Of a DNA stretch of 64,000 bases, positions 1 through 13,900 are shown in pieces; the first letter of the stretch is position 1, and each line of letters starts with the position of its first letter. This stretch comes from Leidyana gryllorum EB-2025a (Eukaryota; Protista; Apicomplexa). The notes beneath the pieces were generated by a model. The model was not told where the DNA came from. It was given only the letters and a program-made list of their open reading frames with translations, and ran no database searches. Both the position numbers and the translations under genes were made by a program. Where the stretch lies: positions 103,656 to 167,655 of the forward strand of contig JBLWGC010000205.1 of the NCBI GenBank assembly GCA_048772705.1, written 5' to 3'.

Positions 1-1573
1 TGCGCTGCAAATACGTCGTCTCCTCCTTGATGTTCACACACAGCTCAACAGTGCTACACGGTGCCGAGGTCGCCGCCAGACGCCGCGCCATATTGGCCAG
101 CTGCGCAGAGTCACCCGACATCCACCGCAAACGCAAACTCAGCTCGCAAAACGTACGCCACCGAGGACTGCACGCCACAGAGTATCTGCGCGGGACCACA
201 AAAGGTGTCGCAGCCAACAGGAAACGCAGCACAGCCCATTTGCGGGGCCTCAAACTCTCAGCAAAGTCAACAACGACCTCCGCAATATTACGTCTCTCAC
301 TCAGAATGTACCTAACGTACTCTTGCAGAGCGTCCTGAAAAACAGATATGTGTGTCACCCGTCTCCACCTACCGGAGTTGAGCCCGCCAACTCGCCCAAT
401 TTGTCGCGATGGAGATCCGTTGTGCAGTTACGGGAAAGTTGAGATAAGAACGCGCGGGACGGCATACTCCCGGGGTCGAGCACACGCGTAAATATCTCCC
501 GCAGACTTCGTCGCTCTAACATTGAGTCCCGCTTGGTGTCGTGACTATTGAGCTCAATGGGAGAAACGATACCGTCCGGGTCGAGATCCAGCGCTTTCAG
601 CATCTCCAGCCCCACCCCAGACATATCTATCGGCCACACACAGACCAGATCGCTGGAACTGTACACCGAAGGGAGAGACGCCTGGAGACGTATGATGGTG
701 GATGGATGCCACAACTTTGATAAAGAACCGCTTACAGTAATTAGACGCACGTCCTGGAAATGGTCATCGCTCGTCATCCGATCATTCAAAGTAATCATTG
801 CCTCCTGGGCGCCCAGGACATAGTGCAGAGGTTCGGGGTCGGGTAACTTGACATTGGAGGGGGCTAAGGGGCTGTTATTGTTCGTGTCGTCAGTCGGCGT
901 GTTCTCCGCACTGATGCCCTCAAAGGCACGTAGTACGTCCGTCAGCCACACATCGAGCTCGCCGAGGTGACTGAACTCGTGAGAATCGTCTCCCAGCGCC
1001 GGAGCCACAAAGGACGCCGCACCCAACACATTCAGGCGTCTCAACAATCGTTTGGCAGCAAAATTGAAATACGGATATTTTCGATCTCCCAAGCCGAACA
1101 AACCGTACCTGCCGACAGCAAAGGATAGTTAGGTAGTTAGAGTGTGAACGAAGCGGAGACAGAGAGGGGCGGGCGGGCGAACGGGCGCGCGTTCTCAGCA
1201 ATACAGAACGTTTTATATATAGACGGCCGATAGTGTTGAAAGAAAGGGGACACGCAACATACTCGCGAAGACTAGCAGCCGCACGCGGCTGAAACCGCAT
1301 CAAGTTTGTCCAAAAGGACTTGGCAGTCAGAGGTATCTGTCCCTGACCGGCGGTGCTGACTATAAAGATCACTCGGGTGGTGTCTTGGTCAGAAGTCTTG
1401 AGCAATACCTCCTCCGGGGTAACATCGGCCAAATCCCGCAGCTCAAAGCTCAAATTGTGCTTATAAAGCGCCTGACACACATCCTCAGCGAGCCGTCGGG
1501 CATGAGAAGCCTCCGTCCCATACAGCACTATCACATCAACTCCCGTAACTTTGTGTGAGCACCCACTCCACAT
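1..1573 (-). CDS. NDOR1: NADPH-dependent diflavin oxidoreductase 1 (Tah18/NDOR1-like), spliced; runs off the left edge
   Basis: Flavodoxin motifs VLYGTEASHARRLA, VSTAGQGQIP and FGLGDRKYPYFNFAAKRL. FAD-binding PRRYSVA lies in the exon near 170-200. ORFs 920..1582 and 355..1101 can be joined through GT-AG introns. First in-frame ATG is at 1573. Confidence 0.85.
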
Positions 1574-1585
1574 ACTTCTCAACCT

Positions 1586-2316
1586 TCATTTTTTGGAGCT
1601 TCGTTTCTTTTGGTGCCTGTTGAAGATCGCCCACTATCATTCGAAGAACCTAATTCAGACAACTCACTTCCTGCCAGTCTTCTTCAACTTGGCATCAACC
1701 ATCTTTTCAATCGCCCTTTCAGATGGGATAAAAGCCTTCTTCCCCGTTTTCGCGATCATCTCCGCTTCCCTCTTATTCAACTCGGCTCTCAGCTCACGAG
1801 TAACTGTCGCTCGCTTCTGCCGGTCCTTCTCGGATGCCATACGCTGCAACCTTTTCTCTGCTGCTCGCCTGTCCTCCTCATCTAACAATCGCTTTTTCTT
1901 CACTGCCCTTTTTAGAACCTGCTCTTCCTTTTCCCTCAACTCGTTCAAGAAGCCATATCGCTCAGCCACTTGACGGGCATTCCCTATCGGTCCAGTCGTT
2001 GCCACCAGCCCCCCAAATAAAGAACTCACCTTCCGTCTGAGTCTCAGCATCAAATCGAGGATCCCGTGGCTCGTATTTCGTGGCATAATTTGGCTTTGGC
2101 GGACGCACTGGTGCAGCCGAACTGAACCCCTTCGCCGTCTTCCCCTTCCCAGTAGCACTGGACCTATTGATCGTTACCTATTCACCACCCCAAACCAACT
2201 CACTTTTTCAGCTTTTGTAACTCCTTCAATACATAGTCATCCTCATCTTGATCAGCCAAGCCCTTCTTGGCTTTATCAAGCCTTGACAGGGCTTCAATGG
2301 TGAGTTTGGAAGCCAT
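1586..2316 (-). CDS. RRP36: rRNA biogenesis protein RRP36-like, spliced
   Basis: YGFLNELREKEEQVLK...ELNKREAEMIAKTGKKAFIPSER pattern and a basic C-terminus (RHQKKRSSKK*). ATG at 2316, with short introns. Confidence 0.7.
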
Positions 2317-2354
2317 TCAAGATTAGTGAGGGCTGACCAAAAAAATTGTTATGC

Positions 2355-3256
2355 ATGGATAGCCTTCCACAAGATGTCATTATTACCATCCTGATGTTCC
2401 TGCCAATAGGAACAATCAGGCGAAGCCTCGTAGGCGTTAGTAAAACGATGCAGAAGATTGCGGACGCAAATGTCGTGTGGTAAGATCACCGCCCCATGGG
2501 AGAGCACACGTGTGTGCGACTATTCGCCAGGCATCAACTGTACTTCCGTGATTTCATCGGTGCCCGTCAGCAAATTCGAAAGGCCCCTATCCGTAAACGA
2601 AGAAGAACAGAGAGTCGTAGTGACTCTGGTGGACTGAAGAAATCACGCATGTGTCCCTTGGGTGCTGTCGCATCGCACCCAGTGGATGGGACGTGTTGGA
2701 AATCGTTGTATATGTCACGGCACCACAAGATTAAGGAGAGTAAAGTCTTCGCTGAAGAGTCGAGCGATGTGCAAAGCGCTATAATGGACTTGGAATTGGC
2801 TCAGTCGATGATCATTGAACAGGCGTCTAACCCCGTGTCTGAGACTGACGGTAAAGGGGGCAATGGGGATGCTGTGGCAGCGCTGCCGCCGGCGACCCCA
2901 GTGCCAGTGCACCAGTGTGGGGAAGCTTGTTGCGAAGCGGTACCGAACAAAGACTTTCCTGGCGTGTTTGTGTGTCCGATAACGGGTCAGTTGATTGACG
3001 CGGCCCGCATCAGTCGGTACCGGGGATTGATGCAGTCTTGGGACGACAGGTGGGCTAAAGGGAGGGCGGGAGTGGGAGTAGGTATGATTTTTCCAGAGAT
3101 AGTTACAATCCGTTCGAGGCGGAGGACGTGGCGGAGGAGGCAGTGGACGATTGGTCTAAAGGTTTCTTTGGGCGCTGTTTCGCTGACGGGTACAACTGTC
3201 TGAGTGATCGGGAATTCGAGTGTCGGTTTGGCACAACAGTGAAGGGACGTCGGTGA
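2355..3256 (+). CDS. F-box protein, SKIP31-like (3 exons)
   Basis: Exon 1 MDSLPQDVIITILMFLPIGTIRRSLVGVSKTMQKIADANVVW is an F-box. Intron at 2480-2530 and a second intron at about 3049-3095. HQCGEACC..VFVCPITG and C-terminal FFGRCFADGYNCLSDREFE resemble plant SKIP31 as I recall it. Confidence 0.7.
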
Positions 3257-3281
3257 TCCATGTTACCATAACTTTTCGTGC

Positions 3282-6200
3282 ATGGACTCGCAGCGCAATG
3301 ATCCTCTGGCCGTGTATAAGGAGTACAAACACCGTTTCAGGAGTCGATTAAGGAACCAGAAGGCAGAGCGAGCGTCGCGTCTGCATTTGTTGACAATCAG
3401 TGGGCAAGAGGTATTGATCACATGGGCGGCCATTCAGCTTATATTTCATCTCACGACGGGTCTGAATAGTGGCGTGGCAAACGACGGCGCAGTCAGAGGT
3501 TATGCGTTTCTCGCTCTGACAGCGGTGCAGTTTCTGGTCTCTTTGTTGGGTTTCGCTGGTGCCCACTTACTCGGCCAACCTCGAATCGCCTTCTACCTGC
3601 TGATCGGTCTCATTCTCTTTAATGCGATATTCCTCCCCATAGCCATCTGGTTCCAAGAAGGCGCCTTCGAAGAAGCGACGTGGCTGCACGCATACCAAGT
3701 CTTCGCTCTCTCTGGCTACAATTTCCTCCTCCTGTGCAGCCTCTCCTTCCTCCATTGGATCCTTACTATGATCTGCTTTGCTGTTCGAAAGGATGACCAA
3801 GTACTCCGACGGTATATCGTTGAGGCTGCGCGTCTGGGCGTCGCCCTCAACTCGAATCCTTCCCTTACATCCGCCAAGGTTCTCGCTATCACCGCCATCA
3901 TCCCTTCAATGACCATTGCTCGTTCCCTCGGCCTCGACAGCCATCATCATAACCAACTACACCCTACTCGCAACGCTCAAATTCTCCTACCCCCAATCGC
4001 GCAGCACCTACCCTCACCCCATATCAGAAGAGCTGCCGATGCAACCAATGAGACGCCCTCCTGGAACTCCACCAACAGGGATGAAAGTATTGTACTCATC
4101 ACGCTTGACGAATATGCCAAATTACTGGGCCTCCCATGCGCTTGGGATATGGTGGTCTTCTCTTGTTTTATCGGATATGGACTTCTAATATACCATATCA
4201 CGTACATAGCCGCTTTTCTCGTTCTACAGTGCCGGAGGTATATCAAAAAACTCCATCACAGCCATCCACAGCCATATACTTCCCTCCACACGCCCTTCCA
4301 CCCCTTCACACGCCCCTTCACACACCCCCTATCGGCAGGTCCTTCGTAACGGCACTCGGAGGGAACTTCCCGGCTCTCTTGAATATGGAGGCTGTGGTGA
4401 TGAAGTTTGCTGCACAAGAAATCGTCCAATTCCAACGCGTCGCACTAAAGTACGGCGGATCAACCTCTTCCGCCGAAGTGGCGGACACTCGCCATCCCGA
4501 TCTGGCGCGTCTCGTCAGACGAGCGCCCTCCCCTGTGTCATCTCGCCCATCTTTCCGACGTGAGGCCGTCAGTCGTACTCAAAGATCGATCGTGCTGACA
4601 GATCCTGCAGCTGGCGATGATACCTTCCTACCCTCTCCCGGCAGCACCCGAAGACTTCTCCTACCAATTCGCAGGGTGGAACAAGTCCAAAGACCCTCAA
4701 TCTTCCGTGCAGTCTACCACGGACTATCCGTACAGACTGTCTCACCTCAACAAGCGCGTTTGTCGTCTCCTCATATCCCAATGTAGGTGATCCTCTCTGT
4801 TGGCTTTTGCTTGATCAAAACATCTACCTTGCAGAGGGACTGCAGCTGATGTGCTCCAGTCAGACAGATCAGTGAATCCTTATGCTGCCCTGATGCTGGA
4901 CTCCATAGCGGTGGTTCTGGCGCCTGGAGCGGTAAGCACAACACGCTGATCAAGCCCATTCCTTGAATAATAGCTCGAGTCAGACGAAGATGAGTCCGAC
5001 CACCATGGCTCCGGAGGGCTGGGTGACGCCGTCACCCGCTTCTTCAGTGTTCGGCGACGGATCAGCGACGATGCTCTCCTCTCGGAAACTGGCTCTCAGC
5101 TTCAAAATAACAGAAGACCATTTGAGCTGGCTTTTGGCGATCGGAATGATTCTTTCAGCTCTCAGAGTGATGCAGAGATGTTCCACGCGACGCATCGTTC
5201 GTCTGTTTACCAGAGCAGTGCGCAACGTACTATTCGAACAGATCAACTCACTCCAAGCCGCAAGTTCATGAAAACTCTCCGGGATGTCAGGGTTTTCATG
5301 GCCAATCAGCAGAGTGTTCCGAATACTGCGTCACCACGAGCCGATCTGGAGTCCAATGCCAAAGGTTCGGATCTAGACGCCAGGACGACGTCGCTAGTCA
5401 GTCACGCCCCCTTGCACTCCGTAAGACCAGCAGTGAATGTTGGAGTCGGTATGCCTCCGCATCAGGGTGCCAGTGACGCAGATTCCCGGCCCCGATCCCG
5501 CAGGACCGTGCTCCGGAATCCTATATCTGACACCAGGTATGAATGCTTGTTCCGGCGTCTCCGTGTGGGGGCACACACACGTGTGTGCTTCAGAGTGAGT
5601 GTGTAAACTTCAACATTTACCCCGTTAGCACCCACTACCTTGGCTTACGAGGACGCATGGTCGCTCTGACGCAAAAGTTGCGGAAGCGGGTGAGCCTTTG
5701 GCGGGCGGCGGCGATGGAACGAAACATGTTTTGCAGACATCGTGTAGGCGGAAGGGGAAGAATTTGTCGTCGTTCGCGGACTCAGTTGCTCACTCATTCA
5801 GTAGCCTCCAAGCTCCACCCCCAGTTCCGTCGTCGACGACGGAATTGGGACGAAGCCGTATGTCCCGAAAGACAATGGGAAGTCAGACGGGTCAAAGTCT
5901 GCATTCACGTTTGCCTCCGATGAACTGGTCGTCCGGTCGAACGGCGGAATCGCCGAGTGGATCGGCGTTGGATCAGTTGCAGCATCACCCACACAATCAA
6001 TCCGCCACGAGGATTTTGTCTTCATATCGTTCTGTGGGTCGTTCGCCTGATACAGCGTTGACGAACGTGACGACAACGGACGACCGGTCATTCGATGACT
6101 TTGGCTCGAGCACGAGCGGGGCTGATTATGACCCAGACGTTGACGACATATGGATAGGAGAACAAAGCAGTTCTCGAGGGGGGCAACAATGCGCTCCCTG

Positions 6201-8505
6201 GTTGCAGAATACGTGGTTAGCTAGAGTGATAAGCCGGTGCAACCAGGCGGTAACCCGATTCCTGAAAGCGTTGTTCAACTACATACACTCCGTCTGCCTT
6301 GCTCGCGAGATTACGATATTTCCAAGTTCCCGCCGGACGAATATTGTGAGTGTGAGTGTCCTATTTGATCAGTCGCTCCTCTTTCTGCCTCGCCCTTCCT
6401 CCTCTGTTGCTCCCTGTGTATGTGTGTGTGTGTGTGTGTGTGTGCTGAGCCCTCCCCCACCCCTCGTCTTCCCGAACACCGTGTTTTGAGGCTCGTTGCA
6501 GGTGCTGCCGGAACAGTCGGTATTTGGTAACTTTACGAATCGCAAGTATGAAGGTTGGTACTCGGAATGGTTACAGTCATTCTGTCCGAATCTGATCCAC
6601 TACATGAGCCGTCCACTGCTGATTTGCACGTTGATTCAGGGCGTCAACGTGTTGGCCGAGATAATGGCTTTCATACCCCGCGCCGTCCCGGCCCTGAAGG
6701 TTCAGGAGGCCCAATGGACTCCGACCGAAGAGACGGACTATGAGAGTGTCCTCCGACTGGGGGCCGTCTATGTCTCCAACAGACGCTTGGAAGACTGGAA
6801 TCCCGATATATTGAGGGTAAGGGTGGGATCAAATCAACTGGGCCCCTCTCTCACATTGTTTTCAAAGCACGTCATAGTATCTACTCTGTCACTGCGCTGT
6901 TTCCTGCACATGGCGTTGAACATTGTGATCATTTCGAATATGGATTTCTCCAAGAAGTCGACTCTGGGGAGGAGGCTGCAGACGCGGTCGTTACAGGCAG
7001 TCCTGGTTCAATACGTATTTGCACTGTTCGATGTGGCGTTCCAGGCAGTCATTCTGGGCCCTTACACGAGTGCTGGATTCAGAGGACTCCCCAGTACTGT
7101 CTACGCCGCGTTTGCCTGCACTCCCATCTACGGTTCGACCTTACGACTCGTACCCCTGACCTTTGTGATGTGTATCTTCTTTGCAGCCGTGTGGCTGACC
7201 GAAGGCCTTTCCTTTTGGTTGATGAGCATTCTGCTCACCAATTTGCTCACCAAAATAGCGTTCATGATCGCGGCGCTGGTACTTATCGCCAGGTAAGCCC
7301 TTCAAAGTGCCAAGTGTGTGTGTGTGTGGCTGCGTGCCTGTGTGGCTGTGTGAGTTTGTGAGTGTGTGTGTTACTGATATCGGTGTCGGCACAGAGCATA
7401 CGACCTGAAGCGGCGACAAATATTCGGGAAATGTGTTCTTCCGTATATGATTTATCTCGCGGCGCTCACCGAATGGGTTACGAGCACTGAAGAGAGCCAG
7501 AAGCATGCTGGAGAGGTGAGTAAAAGTCTGGGCGTCACGCTGGCTGATGAGAGTTGGTCGCCGGTTTCTCCCCAATCTTTCCCCTGCCCCCCCAATCGAT
7601 CCCTTACTTCCCATCTGCCACTGCAGAACGGCTTTTTGTTGACTTCGGAGGATGGGGGGAGTGACGCGAATAATGACTTCACGCCCCCCGATGGCATTCC
7701 CCAGAAGTTTATGAATTGGTCTCAAGATCGGAGTAGAAGCTCACGCGGGTCGTCTCCCGCTTTCAGTTCCGGTCTGGATGTATCGGGTCGGGTGGCGAGT
7801 TTGACGGCGGCAAGCGTTCAGCGTCGCAGGTCTTCGACGACTGTCCAGCTGAGCAATCAGAATACCCCGCAGACTCTCCAAGTGATAACCCACAATCCCT
7901 CTGTCGAGGGTGGCTCACTACGTCACGTACTACCGCGAAGAGCTCGACGGTCAACGGCTGGTGAAGACAGTCTCCAGCTACTCGACTTCACTTTTGAGAG
8001 TGGTTTAGCAGCTGCCAGTTTGAGCTCCGCTGACGAGTATGTGGGGGCTGGTGGAGATAACGATGGCAACCTCATCGAAGAATTGAGTATGCCCACAGCC
8101 GAGGACGATCTTCTGTTACCACGAGATCCATCACTCAACTCACTACCCCTCTTGGATGTCGTCTACGAAGCGCAATTAAGCTCGAGGCTTTCTAGCCCAG
8201 CACAAAGGGTGTCGGTTGAACCCCCAGACGGAATCAGCACTCTGGCTCCCGTGGAGACCCCCGTGGCATCGGGCCCTGCGTTGGCCCCGTCTCCTACACC
8301 GTTACCTCCTCTGGAGACAGAGCTGGCGCCGCTGGAGTTGCAGCTTTTCCCAAAAGGGGCCGCTGGCACTCGTAAACAGCTTACTCACCAATTAAGTCTC
8401 AGCGACTCGGAAGTCCATGTGAGAGTCAAACCAATAAGAAGTCCGAGAGCCCGGAAACCCCCCCAGAGGATAAAGGTTCGGATCCCGCTCCATTCGCCCA
8501 GATGA
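3282..8505 (+). CDS. Large multi-exon, multi-pass membrane protein of unknown function
   Basis: ORFs 3282..4349, 4136..4786, 5178..5606, 5698..6489, 6496..7296 and 7447..8505 can be chained through GT-AG introns. Two hydrophobic blocks are separated by Ser/Arg-rich disordered linkers. Confidence 0.55.
6421..6444. repeat. (TG)n microsatellite in intron
   Basis: Perfect TG run. Confidence 0.95.
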
Positions 8506-8965
8506 TCTGAGCGTATCTATGCGCTGGCCCTGCGACAGAGACCTCCTAGATCGAGACCAGGCAAGGCCAGGCGCCTACCCCAAACAAAATGGAGAATGAT
8601 ATCTAATAAGATGATTGAGGATTGTAAGAATTTGACTATACACCACAAGGGAATGCTTTTGAGGACTTGAGGACGGGCGGACGACCAGAGAGAGATTGCT
8701 ACACACGAGACGAGATCGTTGCACACGAGACGAGACGAGATCTTTGGTGATGATTGAACATCAGGCCGACCGGTCGGGTCGTGGGACACCGGTCAGGGAG
8801 CCGAAAGGCCTCTTACAGCCTTACTCAATTGTGAAATATCCGGTAGTGAGTGCATGCGTGGAGTGCGCGGTGCATATTATCTTGTCTCCCCTCTTTAGGT
8901 AACACACACACACACAGTAGAGACGTGAGCTGTTGGAGGTCGAACGTGTTCAAATCGGTATCAAG

Positions 8966-9364
8966 ATGAAACTCGGTGAGATTTAATGTGTTTTGTGATT
9001 GAATTGAGGTCGATTGTGCAGGTCAATATCTCTTCGAGCGGATAAAGCAGGCGGGTGCTGATCACGTGTTTGGGGTCCCGGGTGATTTTAGCATGGCATT
9101 GTTGAATGCCGGGCTTAAGTCTAACCTCGAATACATTGGCACGTGCAATGAATTGAATGCAGCCTACGCCGCTGATGCCTACGCTCGAATTAAGGGTTTG
9201 GGTGCGTGTGTGACCACATATGCAGTGGGAGAACTATCCGCGGTTAACGCTATCGCTGGCGCATTTGCCGAGTCTGTGCCGGTAGTTATGCTTGTGGGGT
9301 CTCCGTTGCGTCAGTACTATGAGCATCCGAAGCTGTTGCATCACACACTGGGTGACTACAAGGT

Positions 9365-9411
<47 letters not shown>

Positions 9412-10905
9412 TGTGAGTGAGAGAATTGAGCAATATATCTTGGTGGTTTGTGGGAGTTGCCCAATATATATATATCTCTTCCGTTTGTGCAGATACCTCA
9501 AAAGATGTACGAGTCTATAACTGTGGCGAGCTGTTTGTTGGATGATGAGAAGACGGCGGTGGCAGAGATAGATCGTGTTTTAGCTGCTTGTTTGCGGGAG
9601 AAGAAACCGGTATACATTTCAGTACCGTCTGATATGGCGATGGTGGATATTGAGCCGCCGAAAGACAAGTTTGAGTTACCTCCATTGGACAAGTCGGACG
9701 AGGATACGTTGAAAGAGGCTGTCGATGAGATCATTAGTCATTTGGCTAAGGCCAAGAAGCCCCTATTGCTTCCCGGAATTGAGTGCATTCGTCGCAACTT
9801 GACTGATGAGTTTGCGCAGTTGGTTGACAAGACGAACATTCCTTTTGCAACGATGATGCTGTGCAAAGGCATCTTGGACGAGGATCACGATCGGTTCATT
9901 GGACTCTACAGCGGCGCTCGCTCCCGCACGGAGGTCCAACAGCGCGTCCAGCAGGCCGATGTGATATTGGTTTTCGGCGAGAAGTACACCGACTTCAACA
10001 CTGGCGGATTCACGGCCGGCCTCACCCACCAAAACTCCATCTACATCGACTGGAACTGTGTTCGAGTCAACAATCACTATTTCCACAACATTTACATCCA
10101 CGATGTGCTGAAAAAGTTGGTCCAGGAGGCGCCCTCGTTCGATCCCAACGATCTACCCGTCTCCAAAGGCAAGGATCACTGCGCCCATCGACCAGAACTC
10201 GTCTTCAAGAAGGAGGGAAATACAAAGCTCACCATGGACCGCTTCTTCAAGCGTATGGCCACTCTTTTCAAGGACAAAGCAATTGTAATGGCCGAGACCG
10301 GCGCCTCCCTATTCTCAGCCGCTGAAACCAAACTGCCCCACAAAGCCACCTTCATGACTCAGACGTTCTACGGATCCATCGGTAAGACACACAGAAAACC
10401 CCAATTCACTCCACTTCGACCTCAGGATATACTGTTGGCGCCTGTTTGGGGGCCTGCATTGCTGTCAAGGACAAACCCGATGTCCCTGTCTATCTATTCG
10501 TCGGAGATGGCTCCTTCCAGGTCACTGGCCAAGATCTCTCTACAATGATTCGCTACGGCTGCAAACCCAACATATTCATCATCAACAACGACGGGTACAC
10601 CATCGAACGTACCATCTACGACAATGTCTACAACGACATTCAAATGTGGAAGTGAGTCCATAGACACCATACTCACACACACACTTACTAACTCCAGATA
10701 TGCCGACCTCCCAGAGATTTTCGGTGGAACAAAGGGGGCCAAATGCCAAACAGAAGAAGAATTGGAACGCGCAATTGAGCGTTTCGAGGCAGATAAAGAA
10801 TCTAGCGCTCGAGTATATGAAATTGTGTTAGACCGCTGGGATTGCAACAAGCTCCTCATTGCTGCTGGGAAGCTCATGGCCAAAAACAACAAACTCGACC
10901 AGTGA
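8966..10905 (+). CDS. PDC: Pyruvate decarboxylase / alpha-keto-acid decarboxylase (TPP-dependent), 5 exons
   Basis: MKLG|[36 protein letters not shown], catalytic HHTLGD, and TPP motif [17 protein letters not shown]...[10 protein letters not shown]. Four GT-AG introns. Confidence 0.93.
9367..9405. repeat. (TG)n microsatellite in PDC intron
   Basis: Perfect TG run directly after the GTAAGT donor. Confidence 0.95.
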
Positions 10906-10941
10906 TGGACAATTTAGAGATTGTGATCAAACAAACAAAGG

Positions 10942-13900
10942 ATGGACGGCGGAGTTGAAAAACCTGGATGCCTACCAGCTGGCGATCCGCACAATGTTAT
11001 GTTGTCACAAGTAGCTTGCCTCACTGCCAGCGACGGGACACCCCTCATGCCTGGCCAGATGTTGCCCATAAATGTCGGCCCACCTGTAATCCGGCCATAT
11101 ATAGGGGGAGGGGGAGCCGCCCCTAATGCTGCCTCCTCACCACAACAACTCCATCTCGCGCCGGAGGACATGCACTCGCCACTCATGCCTTCCCGCTCAA
11201 CCACCGGCGCCCAGATGGAACTCCGTCGCCCACCGCCCCTCGCCGCAGCGTCCCTCGGCCTCTCCGACTTCAAGTCTGTCATCCTCGTCCTCCACAAGCT
11301 CACTGGACTCGATCGCTCTTTCTTGGGCGAGGTAAGACTCCGCCCTGTAATAAGATCGCCCACATCTTTCCTTCAAAGCGACGCTTGCTCTGTATGGTGA
11401 CCTTTGGGTCGAGTCAGGTCCGCACGAGTATGATTTCTGCCCCGTCAGGCGACTCCGACGAGTTGGTCCTGGGCTTCATCATCAGACTGCCGCTGCCTCC
11501 CACACTGGATCAGCCACTAATGTGAGTACCCCTTCATAATAAACTAAATCAATCTATCGTAATCCAATCTAATACAGTATAAGCATGCAAGACTCCATCT
11601 CCAAGGCCATCGTAGCCCAAGGACAGCTCGATCCCGCGACCTTCCCGCTCAAAGCCGACATTGCTATCAGTGACACACACGTAAGAGCGAGCGCGACCAC
11701 ACGCGTGTGCGTCAGGAGACATATGGTCTTTGCAGCTACATCCCCGCGGATGCCTCAAGTATCACTTGCAGCTCATCCATCAACCGACTGGATCTGCATC
11801 AGTCCAGCGGATGGCAAGCATTCCTCACCCGACTGACCAGCCACAACAGTCGCAACATACTCCCGTTATGGCTATTCCGGCAGCTACCACTAATGTGCCC
11901 GGGCTTCGTATGCCACCCATGCGGCAGACCTTGTCCCCAGAGGAGTTTGCACAGGGTCAGACCATGTTGTACCGTCCTCCTGAGGTTTCTCAGCCACCGA
12001 TCTCGTCATTTCAGATGGCCACTCCACTGGCTTCGGGTATCGGAAGCATGAGTAGTGGTGGTTTACCACCATTGAATGCCGGTCCTCCGCCGTCCCTGTT
12101 GAGCTCGAGTGGGCCACCAGTGATGCCTGGATACCGGGTTGAGAACTACGCTGAGTTGGGTAGAGGGGCCATTCCCGCATCCCCTCAGTACGCCTATCCG
12201 CCAAACAGCGCGCGTGTGACACGACATGTGGCGGATTCCACTTTTTCAGAGATATCGTTGGGGCCAACGACACCACCGCGGTATTTGAATCAGGCTTACA
12301 TTAATTCCATGAACACTCGAGGTTCCATAGAGAATAACACGACGAGCAGTTGGGACCGTCGTAGTCACCATCGTGCGGCCTCGGAAGGCGTCACGGTGGG
12401 GGGGCGACGGGTGTTCACCCAGCGAGGAGGGGTGATGGCTGGATCAGGTGGGATGACGGTGACTGGAAGCAGCAGTCGTCCGACGGCATTCTCGTCTACG
12501 TATCTGAAGCGTGAAGACGGGACTCTCCAGGCAATGCCCCACATGCGTACGAGTCCACTGGGGGTATCTGTGATAGAGAGACTGGGCCAACCGAACCGCA
12601 ACAGCGTTGGTTCCATAACCGGCGGCGGTGTGGGAGGAGCGGGTTCTCGGCGTTCAGTGTTACCGGCGCCGATAACAGTGATGAGAGGCGAAGCGAGTGT
12701 GACTTCGACGCTTCCCAAGTTGGGGGACACTCTGCAGATCAGCGAAATACCGCTTCACATGCTTCAGTGTCCTCCTTTGTGTGAGACGGACATTTCGGAG
12801 CTGTTGAGTCGTCTGAGTGTCGGAATGAGTGAAGAAGGAGGGCCTGCGACGGTGGTTCACCCGTTCCGTTCTTTGAGTATTCGATTGGATTCATTGGATG
12901 CGATACTGAGTTCCGGCGGCATTTGTTCATTGATGTTGCGTGAGAATGGGATCGATTCGTCTGACATTGTCAAATTGCGGGCCCGGACGGAGGAGGAGGA
13001 GGTGACAGGCGGCACGATACCCACTTTGATTATCCCTGTTGACTTTCACGGACACAACTTGGAGCTGAGGATCACTTTGTTATTGGGCACAGAGTGTGGG
13101 TCGGTTGATATTCCTCTCCACGGACTCTTACGTCATGGCCAAGTCACCCTCACGGGGGGCGCTGAGCTGACGGGTGGTCTTCTCCGTCATCGTCTGCTCT
13201 TCTCGCTGCGGTTTCTGCCGTTGCCAGTGCACGCGCCGGTGTTGATGAGGCCCGAGTCCAAGTATTTGGTATCGATAATCCCGAGTCTGTCGGCCTCTTC
13301 CACTGGAGGCGGGTTCCAGCATCCCTCCCATCCGGCGTCTCACTCGGCTGCACAGCTGCAGCACATCACACCAACGGTTGTGGAGCACCACGCCGGGATC
13401 GCCACGGGACCGATGGCTCTGCGTAGTGCTCGAAGTGAGAGTGTAATGTCGAATGAGGATCAGGGGAGTGTGACTGGGAAGGGCGGGAACTGGAATCATT
13501 TGGTGGTGACAGTGCGGTCCATTGACGACTCGGCTAACCCCATTCCAATGGAAATCGAAGGTGTGACTACGAAGGATTTGTACTGTAAGGTGTCTCTCGG
13601 TACCACAACAGCCCTAAGGGCCCGATTCGTCAATTGGAGACAGGAGGGCAAGAAACTACCCGACTTTGAGTTTGAACATAAAGGCGAACGAGTGCTCAAA
13701 CTGTCGCTCGTTGGAACCGACCCCAACAGCAAAGTGAACCTCGGAGTGTGCAGAATCGACCTTCACGCTCTCTCGAGGACCGGAAGGGCGTACTTCCGCG
13801 GACGCGTTCCGGTAATAAAGGCAGGGCGGTTGGTGTGACAATAATGTTTTACTCTTGCAGCTGGCGGGCCACGCGTCCTTCCCGAACGCGCCGTTCCTCA

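Noticed and set aside
9234-9501. ORFs with HTHTHT/VCVCVC tracts (also near 6420, 36680 and 40820)
   Set aside because: Translations of intronic CA/TG microsatellites.
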